Part shown: positions 48,422 through 62,385 of the stretch, piece by piece | Layout of the letters: each line of letters starts with the position of its first letter | Numbering within the stretch: the stretch's first letter is position 1 | Assembly (NCBI GenBank): GCA_032718475.1 | Contig: JAUCBJ010003036.1 | Coordinates: forward strand, 1 to 64,000 | Source: Nemertoderma westbladi | Lineage: Eukaryota; Animalia; Xenacoelomorpha | DNA: 64,000 nucleotides | Direction of reading: 5' to 3' | Position numbers and translations under genes: made by a program | The notes under the pieces: generated by a model | The model's input: the letters and a program-made list of their open reading frames with translations, nothing else | The model's database searches: none | What the model was told of the DNA's origin: nothing

Positions 48422-48654
48422 TGTGGTGCACGGGCCGAAATGAGTTCTAGTTGAATAAGGCCCCCATGCAACCAAGAAGAAAAGAAGATAGACAGATTTA
48501 CAGATAAAGTATATCAGTATTGCAGTATGATATTCAAACAGGTTACAGCATTAGGTACAACAGCAGTTCTCACATACCGGTAGGTAGGACTATATGTACC
48601 AATGGGTTAGGACCACACGACATATCATATATATCTCAATTTGAGTTCCCCACA
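48422..48654 (-). repeat. Element C 5' LTR
   Basis: Followed on the minus strand by the tRNA-Trp-type PBS. Confidence 0.95.
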
Positions 48655-49786
48655 CCGCCCTACCCACTGCCCTACCCACCGCCCTACCCGCCGCCCTGCC
48701 CCACAGCCACAGTCTCACGCCAACCTACCCGCCATTCTACCACACAGCCACAGTCTCACGCTGCCCTAATGCACAGCCACAGTCTCATGCCGCCCTACAC
48801 CACAGCCACAATCTCATGCCGCCCTACCCGCCACCCTACTCCACAGCCACAGTCTCACGCTGCCCTAACGCACAGCCACAGTCTCACGCCACCCTACCCG
48901 TCGCCATACCCCACAGCCACAGTCTCACACTGCCCTACCTGCCACCCTACCCCACAGCCACAGTCTCACGCCAACCTACCCGCCGTTCTACCACACAGCC
49001 ACAGTCTCACACCGCCCTACCCACTGCCCTACCCACCGCCCTACCCGCCGCCCTGCCCCACAGCCACAGTCTCACGCCAACCTACCCGCCATTCTACCAC
49101 ACAGCCACAGTCTCACGCTGCCCTAATGCACAGCCACAGTCTCATGCCGCCCTACACCACAGCCACAATCTCATGCCGCCCTACCCGCCACCCTACTCCA
49201 CAGCCACAGTCTCACGCTGCCCTAACGCACAGCCACAGTCTCACGCCACCCTACCCGTCGCCATACCCCACAGCCACAGTCTCACACCGCCCTACCCGCC
49301 GCCCTACCCCACAGCCACAGTCTCACGCCAACCTACCCGCCGTTCTACCACACAGCCACAGTCTCACACTGCCCACTGCCCTACCCACCGCCCTACCCGC
49401 TGCCCTGCCCCACAGTCTCACGCCAACCTACCCGCCATTCTACCACACAGCCACAGTCTCACGCTGCCCTAATGCACAGCCACAGTCTCATGCCGCCCTA
49501 CACCACAGCCACAATCTCACGCCGCTCTACCCGCCACCCTACTCCACAGCCACAGTCTCACGCTGCCCTAACGCACAGCCACAGTCTCACGCCACCCTAC
49601 CCGCCGCCCTACCCCACAGCCACAGTCTCACGCTGCCTTACCCCACAGCCACATTCTCACGCTGCCCTACCCCACAGCCACAGTCTCACGCCGCCCTACC
49701 CCACAGCCACAGTTGCACGCTGCCCTAACTAACAGCCACTGTCTCAAGCCACCCTACCCTACAATCACAATCTCACGCCGCCCTAC

Positions 49787-49856
49787 TACTACTACTAGGA
49801 TTGGCATGCTGCATTGCAGCTGCATTTTTAAGAATGCTGTGCCGGTTTATCGACAA
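49787..49856 (-). mobile_element. 70-bp 3' tip of the (GTA)n-tailed LINE inside the satellite
   Basis: Reverse complement of ~13415-13485; flanked by CAYGCCGCCCTAC on both sides. Confidence 0.9.
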
Positions 49857-51901
49857 CACATGCCGCCCTACCCACCCCCCTACCCCACAGCCACAATCGG
49901 ACGCGGCCCTACCACACAGCCACAGTCTCATGCTGCCCTAATGCACAGCCACATCCGCCCCCCCCCCTAGTCCACAGCCCCAGTCTCAAGCTGCCCTAAC
50001 GCACAGCTACAGTCTCATGCCGCCCTACCCGCCGCCCTACCCCACAGCCACAGTCTCACGCTGCCGTACCCCACAGCCACATTCTCACACCACCCTACCT
50101 GCCGCCTACCCCACAGCCACAGTCTCACGGCCGCCCTACCCCATAGCCACAGTCTCACACTGCCCTAATGCACAGCCACAGTCTCATGCCGCCCTACAGC
50201 ACAGCCACAATCTCACGCTGCCCTACCCATCGCCCTACCCCACAGCCACAGTCTGACGCGGCCCTACACCACAGCCACAGTCTCACTCTGCCCTACCGCA
50301 CAGCAACAGTCTCATGCCGCCCTGCCACACAGCCACAATCTGATACGGCCCTATCCCACAGCCACAGTCTCACGCCACCCTACCTCACAGCCACAATTTT
50401 ACGCCACCCTAGGTGCCACCCTACCCCACAGTCACAGTCTGATGCGACCCCCACCCCGCAGCCACAGTCTCACGCTGACCTACCCCACAGCCACAATCTC
50501 ACGCCGCCCTACCCGCCGCCCTACCCCACAGCCACAGTCTCACGCCGCCCTACCCGCCGCCCTACCCCACAGCCACATTCTCACACTGCCCCACCTCACA
50601 GCCACAGTCTCACGCACCCTACTCCACAGCCACAGTCTCACGCCGCCCTACCCCACAGCCACAATCTCACGCCGCCCTAGGCGCCACCCTACTCCACAGC
50701 CAGAGTCTGACGCGGCCCCACCCCGCAGCCACAGTATCAAGCTGACCTACCCCACAGCCACAATCTCACACCGCCCTACCTGCCGCCCTACCCCACAGCC
50801 ACAGTCTCACGCCGCCCTACCCGCCACTCTACCCCACAGCCACAGTCTCACGCTGCCCTACTCCATAGCCACATTCTCACACTGGCCTACCTCACAGCTA
50901 CAGTCTCACGCACCCTACCCCACAGCCACAGTCTCACGCCGCCCTACCCCACAGTCACAATCTCACACTGCCCTACCCCACAGCCACAGTCTCACGCCGC
51001 CCTACCCCACAGCCACAGTCTCACACTGCCCTACCCCACAGCCACAGTCTCATGCCGCTCTACCCGCTGCCCTACCCCACAGCCACAGACTCAAACTGCT
51101 CTACCCCACAGCCACAGTCTCACGCTACCCTAACCCACAGTCTCACGCTGCACTACCCGCCCCCCTACTCCACATCCACAGTCTCACGCTGCCCTACCCG
51201 CCGCCTACCCCACAGCCACAGTCTCACCCCGCCCTACCCCACAGCCACAGTCTCACGCTGCCCTACCCGCCGCCTACCCCACAGCCACAGTCTCACCCCG
51301 CCCTACCCCACAGCCACAGTCTCACGCTGCCCTACCCCACAGTCACAATCTCACACTGCCCTACCCCACAGCCACAGTCTCACCCCGCCCTACCCCACAG
51401 CCACAGTCTCACGCTGCCCTACCCCACAGCCACAGTCTCACGCCAACCTACCCGCCGTTCTACCACACAGCCACAGTCTCACACTGCCCACTGCCCTACC
51501 CACCGCCCTACCCGCTGCCCTGCCCCACAGTCTCACGCCAACCTACCCGCCATTCTACCACACAGCCACAGTCTCACGCTGCCCTAATGCACAGCCACAG
51601 TCTCATGCCGCCCTACACCACAGCCACAATCTCACGCCGCTCTACCCGCCACCCTACTCCACAGCCACAGTCTCACGCTGCCCTAACGCACAGCCACAGT
51701 CTCACGCCACCCTACCCGCCGCCCTACCCCACAGCCACAGTCTCACGCTGCCTTACCCCACAGCCACATTCTCACGCTGCCCTACCCCACAGCCACAGTC
51801 TCACGCCGCCCTACCCCACAGCCACAGTTGCACGCTGCCCTAACTAACAGCCACTGTCTCAAGCCACCCTACCCTACAATCACAATCTCACGCCGCCCTA
51901 C

Positions 51902-51971
51902 TACTACTACTAGGATTGGCATGCTGCATTGCAGCTGCATTTTTAAGAATGCTGTGCCGGTTTATCGACAA
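51902..51971 (-). mobile_element. Duplicated copy of the 70-bp LINE tip
   Basis: Identical to 49787-49856 with the same flanks, offset 2115 bp. Confidence 0.9.
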
Positions 51972-54900
51972 CACATGCCGCCCTACCCACCCCCCTACCC
52001 CACAGCCACAATCGGACGCGGCCCTACCACACAGCCACAGTCTCATGCTGCCCTAATGCACAGCCACATCCGCCCCCCCCCCCCCCCCTAGTCCACAGCC
52101 CCAGTCTCAAGCTGCCCTAACGCACAGCTACAGTCTCATGCCGCCCTACCCGCCGCCCTACCCCACAGCCACAGTCTCACGCTGCCGTACCCCACAGCCA
52201 CATTCTCACACCACCCTACCTGCCGCCTACCCCACAGCCACAGTCTCACGGCCGCCCTACCCCATAGCCACAGTCTCACACTGCCCTAATGCACAGCCAC
52301 AGTCTCATGCCGCCCTACAGCACAGCCACAATCTCACGCTGCCCTACCCATCGCCCTACCCCACAGCCACAGTCTGACGCGGCCCTACACCACAGCCACA
52401 GTCTCACTCTGCCCTACCGCACAGCAACAGTCTCATGCCGCCCTGCCACACAGCCACAATCTGATACGGCCCTATCCCACAGCCACAGTCTCACGCCACC
52501 CTACCTCACAGCCACAATTTTACGCCACCCTAGGTGCCACCCTACCCCACAGTCACAGTCTGATGCGACCCCCACCCCGCAGCCACAGTCTCACGCTGAC
52601 CTACCCCACAGCCACAATCTCACGCCGCCCTACCCGCCGCCCTACCCCACAGCCACAGTCTCACGCCGCCCTACCCGCCGCCCTACCCCACAGCCACATT
52701 CTCACACTGCCCCACCTCACAGCCACAGTCTCACGCACCCTACTCCACAGCCACAGTCTCACGCCGCCCTACCCCACAGCCACAATCTCACGCCGCCCTA
52801 GGCGCCACCCTACTCCACAGCCAGAGTCTGACGCGGCCCCACCCCGCAGCCACAGTATCAAGCTGACCTACCCCACAGCCACAATCTCACACCGCCCTAC
52901 CTGCCGCCCTACCCCACAGCCACAGTCTCACGCCGCCCTACCCGCCACTCTACCCCACAGCCACAGTCTCACGCTGCCCTACTCCATAGCCACATTCTCA
53001 CACTGGCCTACCTCACAGCTACAGTCTCACGCACCCTACCCCACAGCCACAGTCTCACGCCGCCCTACCCCACAGTCACAATCTCACACTGCCCTACCCC
53101 ACAGCCACAGTCTCACGCCGCCCTACCCCACAGCCACAGTCTCACACTGCCCTACCCCACAGCCACAGTCTCATGCCGCTCTACCCGCTGCCCTACCCCA
53201 CAGCCACAGACTCAAACTGCTCTACCCCACAGCCACAGTCTCACGCTACCCTAACCCACAGTCTCACGCTGCACTACCCGCCCCCCTACTCCACATCCAC
53301 AGTCTCACGCTGCCCTACCCGCCGCCTACCCCACAGCCACAGTCTCACCCCGCCCTACCCCACAGCCACAGTCTCACGCTGCCCTACCCGCCGCCTACCC
53401 CACAGCCACAGTCTCACCCCGCCCTACCCCACAGCCACAGTCTCACGCTGCCCTACCCCACAGTCACAATCTCACACTGCCCTACCCCACAGCCACAGTC
53501 TCACCCCGCCCTACCCCACAGCCACAGTCTCACGCTGCCCTATTCCACAGCCACAGTCTCACACTGCCCTACCCCACAGCCAGATTCTCACGCTGCCCTA
53601 CCGCCCTACCCACTGCCCTACCCCACAGCCACAGTCCCACACTGCCCTACCACACAGCAACAGTCTCATGCCGCCCTACCACACAGCTACAGTCTGATAT
53701 GGCCCTATCCCACAGCCACAGTCTGACGCCGCCCTACCCCACAACCACAATCTCATGCTGCCCTAGGCGCCGACCTACCCCACAGCCACAGTCTGATGCG
53801 GCCCCACCCCGCAGCCACAGTCTCACGCTGACCTACCCCTCAGCCACAATCTCACGCCGCCCGTACCCACCACCCTACCCCACAGCCACAGTCTTACGCC
53901 ACCCTACCACCCTACCCGCCACCCTACCCCACAGCCACAGTCTCACGCCGCCCTACCCGCCGCCCTACCCCACAGCTACAGTCTCACGCTGCCCTACTCC
54001 ACAGCCACATTCTCACACTGCCCCACCTCACAGCCACAGTCTCACGCGCCCTACCCCACAGCCACAGTCTCACGCCGCCCTACCCCACAGCCACAATCTC
54101 ATGCCGCCTAAGGCGCCGCCCTACCCCACAGCCACAGTCTGACGCAGCCCCACCCCACAGCCACGGTATCACGCTGACCTACCCCACAGCCACAATCTCA
54201 CACCGCCCTACCCGCTACCCTACCCCACAGCCACAGTCTCATGCCGCCCTACCGCACTACCCGCCGCCCTACCCCACAGCCACAGTCTCACGCTGTCCTA
54301 CTCCACAGCCACATTCTCACACTGCCCCACCTCACAGCCACAGTCTCACGCGCCCTACCCCACAGCCACAGTCTCACACCACGCTACCCCACAGTCACAA
54401 TCTCACACTGCCCTACCCCACAGCCACAATCTCACGCCACCCCACCCCACAGCCACAATCTCATGCCGCTCTACCCACCGCCCTACCCCACAGCCACAGT
54501 CTCACACTGCTCTACCCCACAGCCACAGTCTCACGCTGCACTACCCACCGCCCTACCCCACAGCCACAGTCTCACGCTGCCCTACCCCACAGCCACAGTC
54601 TCATGCCGCCCTACCCGCCGCCCTACCCCACAGCCACAGTCTCATGATGCCCTACCCCACAGCCACAGTCTCACGCCGCCCTACCCCACAGCCACAGTTG
54701 CACGCTGCCCTAACTAATAGCCACTGTCTCAAGCCACCCTACCCCACAGCCACAATCGGACGCGGCCCTACCACACAGCCACAGTCTCACGCTGCCCTAA
54801 TGCACAGCCACATTCTCATGCCGCCCTACCCGCCCCCCTACTCAACATTCACAGTCCCAAACTGCCCTACCACACAGCAACAGTCTCATGCCGCCCTACC

Positions 54901-57900
54901 ATACAGCCACAGTCTGATACAGCCCTATCCCACAGCCACAATCGCATGCCGCCCTAGGTGCCGCCCTACCCCACAGCCACAGTCTGATGCGGCCCCACCC
55001 TGCAGCCACAGTCTCACGCTGACCTACCCCACAGCCACAATCTCACGCCGCCCTACCCACTGCCCTACCCCACAGCCACAGTCTCACGCCGCCCTACCCG
55101 CCACCCTAACCCACAGCCACAGTCTCACCCCGCCCTACCCCACAGCCACAGTCTCACGCTGCCCTATTCCACAGCCACAGTCTCACGCTGCCCTACTCCA
55201 CAGCCACATTCTCACACTGCCCCACCTCACAGCCACAGTCTCACGCGCCCTACCCCACAGCCACAGTCTCACGCCGCCCTACCCCACAGCCATAATCTCA
55301 TGCCGCCTAAGGCACCGCCCTACCCCACAGCCACAGTCTGACGCAGCCCCACCCCACAGCCACAGTATCACGCTGACCTACCCCACAGCCACAATCTCAC
55401 ATCGCCCTACCTGCTACCCTACCCCACAGCCACAGTCTCACGCCGCCCTACCGCCCTACCCGCCGCCCTACCCCACAGCCACAGTCTCACGCTGTCCTAC
55501 TCCACAGCCACATTCTCACACTGCCCCACCTCACAGCCACAGTCTCACGCACCCTACCCCACAGCCACAGTCTCACACCACGCTACCCCACAATCACAAT
55601 CTCACACTGCCCTACCCCACAGCCACAATCTCACGCCACCCCACCCCACCCCACAGCCACAGTCTCACACTGCCCTACCCCACAGCCACAGTCTCATGCC
55701 GCTCTACCCACCGCCCTACCCCACAGCCACAGTCTCACACTGCTCTACCCCACAGCCACAGTCTCACGCTGCCCTACCCCACAGTCTCACGCTGCACTAC
55801 CCACCGCCCTACCCCACAGCCAGGGTCTCACGCTGCACTACTCCACAGCCACAGTCTGACGCGGCCCCACCCTGCAGCCACAGTCTCACGCTGACCTACC
55901 CCACAGCCACAGTCTCATGCCGCTCTACCCGCCACCCTACCCCACAGCCACAGTCTCACACTGCTTTACCCCACAGCCCCAGTCTCACGCTGCCCTACCC
56001 CACAGTCTCACGCTGCACTACCCGCCACCCTACCCCACAGCCACAGTCTCACGCCGCCCTACCCGCCGCCCTACCCCACAGCCACAGTCTCATGATGCCC
56101 TACCCCACAGCCACAATCGGACGTGGCCCCTACCACACAGCCACAGTCTCACGCTGCCCTAATGCACAGCCACATTCTTATGCCGCCCTACCCGCCCCCC
56201 TACTCCACATTCACAGTCCCAAACTGCCCTACCACACAGCAACAGTCTCATGCCGCCCTACCACACAGCCACAGTCTGATACAGCCCTATCCCACAGCCA
56301 CAGTCTCACGCCGCCCTACCCCACAGCCACAATCGGACGCGGCCCTACCACACAGCCACAGTCTCACGCTGCCCTAATGCACAGCCACATTCTTATGCCG
56401 CCCTACCCGCCCCCCTACTCCACATTCACAGTCCCAAACTGCCCTACCACGCCGCCCTACACGCCGCCCTACACGCCGCCCTACACGCCGCCCTACCCCA
56501 CAGCCACAGTCTCATGCCGCCCTACCCGCCACCCTAACCCACAGCCACAGTCTCACGCCGCCCTACCCGCCATCCTACCCCACAGCCACAGTCTCACGCT
56601 GCCCTACTCCACAGCCACATTCTCACACTGCCCCACCTCACAGCCACAGTCTCACGTGCCCTACCCCACACCCACAGTCTCACGCCGCCCTACCCCATAG
56701 CCACACTCTCACGCCGCCCTAGGCGCCGCCCTACCCCACAGCCACAATCTCATGCCGCCCTAGGCGCCGCCCTACCCCACAACCACAGTCTGACGCGGCC
56801 CCACCCCGCAGCCACAGTATCACGCTGACCTACCCCACAGCCACAATCTCATGCTGCCCTACCCCACAGCCACAGTCTCACGCCGCCATACCCGCTGCCC
56901 TACGCCACAGCCCTACGCCACAGCCACAGTTTCACGCTGCCCTACTCCACAGCCACATTCTCACACTGCCCCACCTAACAACCACAGTCTCACGCACCCT
57001 ACCCCACAGCCACAGTCTCACGCTGCCCTACCCCATAGCCACACTCTCACGCCGCCCTACCCCACAGTCACAATCTCACACTGCCCTACCCCACAGCCAC
57101 AGTCTCACGCCGCCCTACCCCACAGTCACAGTCTCACGCCACCCCACCCCACAGCCACAGTCTCATGCCGCTCTACCCACCGCCCTACCCCACAGCCACA
57201 GTCTCACGCACCCTACCCCACAGCCACAGTCTCACGCCGCCCTACCCCACAGCCACAATCTCACGCCACCCCACCCCACAGCCACAGTCTCATGCCGCTC
57301 TACCCACCGCCCTACCCCACAGCCACAGTCTCACGCACCCTACCCCACAGCCACAGTCTCACGCTGCCCTACCCCACAGCCACAGTCTCACGCTGCCCCA
57401 CCCCACAGTCACAATCTCACACTGCCCTACCCCACAGCCACAATCTCACGCCACCCCACCCCACAGCCACAGTCTCATGCCGCTCTACCCACCGCCCTAC
57501 CCCACAGCCACAGTCTCACGCCGCCCTACCCCACAGCCACAGTCTCACACTGCCCTACCCACCGCCCTACCCCACAGCCACAGTCTCACACTGCTCTACC
57601 CCACAGCCACAGTCTCACGCTGCCCACCCCACAGTCTCACACTGCCCTACCCGCCGCCTACCCCACAGCCACAGTCTCACCCCGCTCTACCCCACAGCCA
57701 CAGTCTCACGCTGCCCACCCCACAGTCTCACACTGCCCTACCCGCCGCCTACCCCACAGCCACAGTCTCACCCCGCTCTACCCCACAGCCACAGTCTCAC
57801 GCTGCCCACCCCACAGTCTCACGCTGCCCTGCCCCACAGCCACAGTGTCACGCCGCCCTACCTGCCGCCCTACCCCACAGCCAGTCTCACGCTGCCCTAC

Positions 57901-60739
57901 CCCACAGCCACAGTCTCACGCTGCCCTAACGTACCGCACAGCCACAGTCTCACACCAGCATACCCGCCGATCTACCCCACAGCCACAGTCTCTCGCTGCC
58001 CTACCCCACAGCCACAATCTCACGCTGCCCTAACGCACCGCACAGCCACATTCTCACGCCAGCCCACCCGCCGCTCTACCCCACAGCCACAGTCTCACAC
58101 TGCCCTACCCCATAGCCACACTCTCACGCTGCCCTACCCCACAGCCACAGTCTCACGCCGCCCTACCTGCTACCCTACCCCACAGCCACAGTCTCACGCT
58201 TCCCTACCTGCTACCCTACCCCACAGCCACAGTATCATGCTGCCCTACCCCACAGCCACAGTCCCACGCCGCCATACCCGCTGCCCTACCCCATAGCCAC
58301 ACTCTCACGCTGCCCTACCCCACAGCCGCAGTCTCATGCCGCCCTACCCCACAGCCACAGTCTCACGCCGCCCTACCCCACAGCCACAGTCTGACGCGTC
58401 CCTACCCCACAGGCACAGTCTCACGCCGCCCTACCCCACAGCCACAGTCTCACGCCGCCCTACCCCACAGCCACAGTCTCACGCCGCCCTACCCCACAGC
58501 CACAGTCTCACGCCGCCCTACCCGCCGTCCTACTGTCCTACCTACACGCCGCCCTACACGCCGCCCTACACGCCGCCCTACCCCACAGCCACAGTCTCAT
58601 GCCGCCCTACCCGCCACCCTAACCCACAGCCACAGTCTCACGCCGCCCTACCCGCCATCCTACCCCACAGCCACAATCTCACGCTGCCCTACTCCACAGC
58701 CACATTCTCACACTGCCCCACCTCACAGCCACAGTCTCACGTGCCCTACCCCACACCCACAGTCTCACGCCGCCCTACCCCATAGCCACACTCTCACGCC
58801 GCCCTAGGCGCCGCCCTACCCCACAGCCACAATCTCATGCCGCCCTAGGCGCCGTCCTACCCCACAACCACAGTCTGACGCGGCCCCACCCCGCAGCCAC
58901 AGTATCACGCTGACCTACCCCACAGCCACAATCTCATGCTGCCCTACCCCACAGTCTCACGCCGCCATACCCGCTGCCCTACGCCACAGCCCTACGCCAC
59001 AGCCACAGTTTCACGCTGCCCTACTCCACAGCCACATTCTCACACTGCCCCACCTAACAACCACAGTCTCACGCACCCTACCCCACAGCCACAGTCTCAC
59101 GCTGCCCTACCCCATAGCCACACTCTCACGCCGCCCTACCCCACAGTCACAATCTCACACTGCCCTACCCCACAGCCACAGTCTCACGCCGCCCTACCCC
59201 ACAGTCACAGTCTCACGCCACCCCACCCCACAGCCACAGTCTCATGCCGCTCTACCCACCGCCCTACCCCACAGCCACAGTCTCACGCACCCTACCCCAC
59301 AGCCACAGTCTCACGCCGCCCTACCCCACAGCCACAATCTCACGCCACCCCACCCCACAGCCACAGTCTCATGCCGCTCTACCCACCGCCCTACCCCACA
59401 GCCACAGTCTCACGCACCCTACCCCACAGCCACAGTCTCACGCTGCCCTACCCCACAGCCACAGTCTCACGCTGCCCCACCCCACAGTCACAATCTCACA
59501 CTGCCCTACCCCACAGCCACAATCTCACGCCACCCCACCCCACAGCCACAGTCTCATGCCGCTCTACCCACCGCCCTACCCCACAGCCACAGTCTCACGC
59601 CGCCCTACCCCACAGCCACAGTCTCACACTGCCCTACCCACCGCCCTACCCCACAGCCACAGTCTCACACTGCTCTACCCCACAGCCACAGTCTCACGCT
59701 GCCCACCCCACAGTCTCACACTGCCCTACCCGCCGCCTACCCCACAGCCACAGTCTCACCCCGCTCTACCCCACAGCCACAGTCTCACGCTGCCCACCCC
59801 ACAGTCTCACGCTGCACTACCCGCCGCCCTACCCCACAGCCACAGTCTCACGCTGCCCTGCCCCACAGCCACAGTGTCACGCCGCCCTACCTGCCGCCCT
59901 ACCCCACAGCCAGTCTCACGCTGCCCTACCCCACAGCCACAGTCTCACGCTGCCCTAACGTACCGCACAGCCACAGTCTCACACCAGCATACCCGCCGAT
60001 CTACCCCACAGCCACAGTCTCTCGCTGCCCTACCCCACAGCCACAATCTCACGCTGCCCTAACGCACCGCACAGCCACATTCTCACGCCAGCCCACCCGC
60101 CGCTCTACCCCACAGCCACAGTCTCACACTGCCCTACCCCATAGCCACACTCTCACGCTGCCCTACCCCACAGCCACAGTCTCACGCCGCCCTACCTGCT
60201 ACCCTACCCCACAGCCACAGTCTCACGCTGCCCTACCTGCTACCCTACCCCACAGCCACAGTATCATGCTGCCCTACCCCACAGCCACAGTCCCACGCCG
60301 CCATACCCGCTGCCCTACCCCATAGCCACACTCTCACGCTGCCCTACCCCACAGCCGCAGTCTCATGCCGCCCTACCCCACAGCCACAGTCTCACGCCGC
60401 CCTACCCCACAGCCACAGTCTGACGCGTCCCTACCCCACAGGCACAGTCTCACGCCGCCCTACCCCACAGCCACAGTCTCACGCCGCCCTACCCCACAGC
60501 CACAGTCTCACGCCGCCCTACCCCACAGCCACAGTCTCACGCCGCCCTACCCGCCGTCCTACTGTCCTACCCAACAATACCTGAATACTGCCGCAATATG
60601 CTAATTTAATAACGGTAATATTTTCACTAGGCCTATAGATCTTTTTTATTTTTACATAAAACTAATATAAAACCTAATTACACTATGTACATGTACAATT
60701 TTACCGAGAGCGTGACAATGTCCGACTCAAAGATAAAGA

Positions 60740-61390
60740 TGTAATGTACAGAACAATTTATTATAAAACGTATTTGCAGTATTAATAGTAAATAAATTAA
60801 TAAACTAATAACTTACTGTAGGACTATTGTACCTATTTTTACATTGCACTCGGAGGTGAGATTTAACTGCAGATTTAAAAGAATGTTGATTATCTAGGTT
60901 TATTATCCAATCCAATTCTTAATACCGTTAAAAAAGAATGTATCAGATTCCATCATTTGAAGGATTTACAATTTGGGAGGTAGAAGTTTGAAGCACTAGC
61001 TCTGGTACTGTAAGAGTGTGTATCGCGTACTCTGTTGAATTTTTGTTTTAGGTAATTGGGACATTTACCATTATACACTTTATGCACATGGTTAAGGCGT
61101 AGCTGCTTAACTCTACTATCTAAGTTAAGTAGTCCAGATTCAGAAAAGTCATCTTGAGTTAGGTGGTGCCTAGGTTTGTAGTCTTTAATAAATCGTACTA
61201 CTTTATTCTGAGCTACTTGTAATTTACATTTAAGCTGTTTGGTTAAGCCTTCATACCAATTTAAGATACTAACAGGTCTGTAATTACAGGGTTCTACTTT
61301 ACTATTCTTTTTATAATACAGAGGAACAACCTTAGCTAATTTCATTTCGTCTGGTACTACATTATCTACGATAGAGTAATTAATAATAAA
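60740..61390 (-). pseudogene. Degraded, internally deleted CR1/L2-group LINE ORF2 fragment
   Basis: KLAKVVPLYYKK..NYRPVSIL joined directly to the C-terminal WYEGL..KLQVAQNKVVRF..HSYSTR; RT core missing. Confidence 0.75.
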
Positions 61391-62385
61391 AGTATTGCGA
61401 ATAACTATTAATATATTATATTATATTATACCACCCAAGACCCCTCACACCCCTGGAGGGTTCAGACCACGGCTAGTATTAAGTAATAAATGTATATATT
61501 AATATTATTTATACATGTCAAATGGGAATGGGGTGAAATGTTCTAATATAGGCCACTGTAATGTTGTGTTATTTTTATTGTTATTAGACAGAATAAATAA
61601 ATTGTTATTAATTCCCTATAATAATATATTAGGCCTAATTACTATTTAATACAACCGGTATAATATTGGTGGTTTTATTGTAGGTAGTTAGTTAGTACTG
61701 TAGTAGTTTGACCGATAGGTTAAACATTGAACTCAAAACATATGAATTGGTTGCCAATCCTGCCTATTATATTCAACCAGCGACATCTAAATTAGTATAG
61801 TAAAGTACATCCCTGGGAGAATGTAGATGATTGCTGATTGGCCAATAACTCCCTGCCTAGCCGTACAGCTATATATCTGATTCCCACCAGTATGTAAGGC
61901 TAACGCCTTATATTTGACCGCTAGTACAACTAACAGCAACAGTTTGTGTGAACGTATTTCCAGTTGCCATGGTGAGGACTGTAGCAGGCCATAAAATTTT
62001 CGAATTCTTCATTTAATTCCAGGAAATAATATATATAATCTATACCTATAAAAATCAAATTTTCTCTCTCTCTCTCTCTGTGTTCGAACTCCTCCAAAAC
62101 GGGCAGAGAGATTGCGCTGGAACTTGGCATGTGTGTATAACTTTAACCAGCGGTCGTTATAGGCCACTTTTCGAAAAGTTTAATTAATGTAGTCCCATTC
62201 ACGCACTCACCAGTACGCCAGTAGGCCTATACCGGTACCAGTACGCCAGTAGACCTATGCCGGTAGCGGGAAATACCGGGTAACATGCCTCGGGTATTGC
62301 CTGCTAGTAATATATAATAATAATAAATATGATAATAATATATATAATTCCACAATAATAATTCATTACATATTGCAGTGCAATC

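Larger units (their letters stand above)
29550..48654 (-). mobile_element. Element C: CsRn1-clade Gypsy retrotransposon, intact apart from nested element B
   Basis: 233-bp LTRs at 29550-29782 and 48422-48654 (no difference seen); 4-bp TSD CCGC; PBS TGGTGACCCAGACGAGA (48420-48404, minus); poly-G PPT near 29788-29805. Confidence 0.95.
48655..60570. repeat. 29-bp satellite main array with ~2.1-kb higher-order duplications
   Basis: Same unit as 28949-29549, plus 11-nt CCCTACCCGCC subunits. Confidence 0.97.

Noticed and set aside
61930-62130. 66-aa ORF in the satellite island
   Set aside because: It spans a CT microsatellite and AT-rich sequence, with no recognisable domain.
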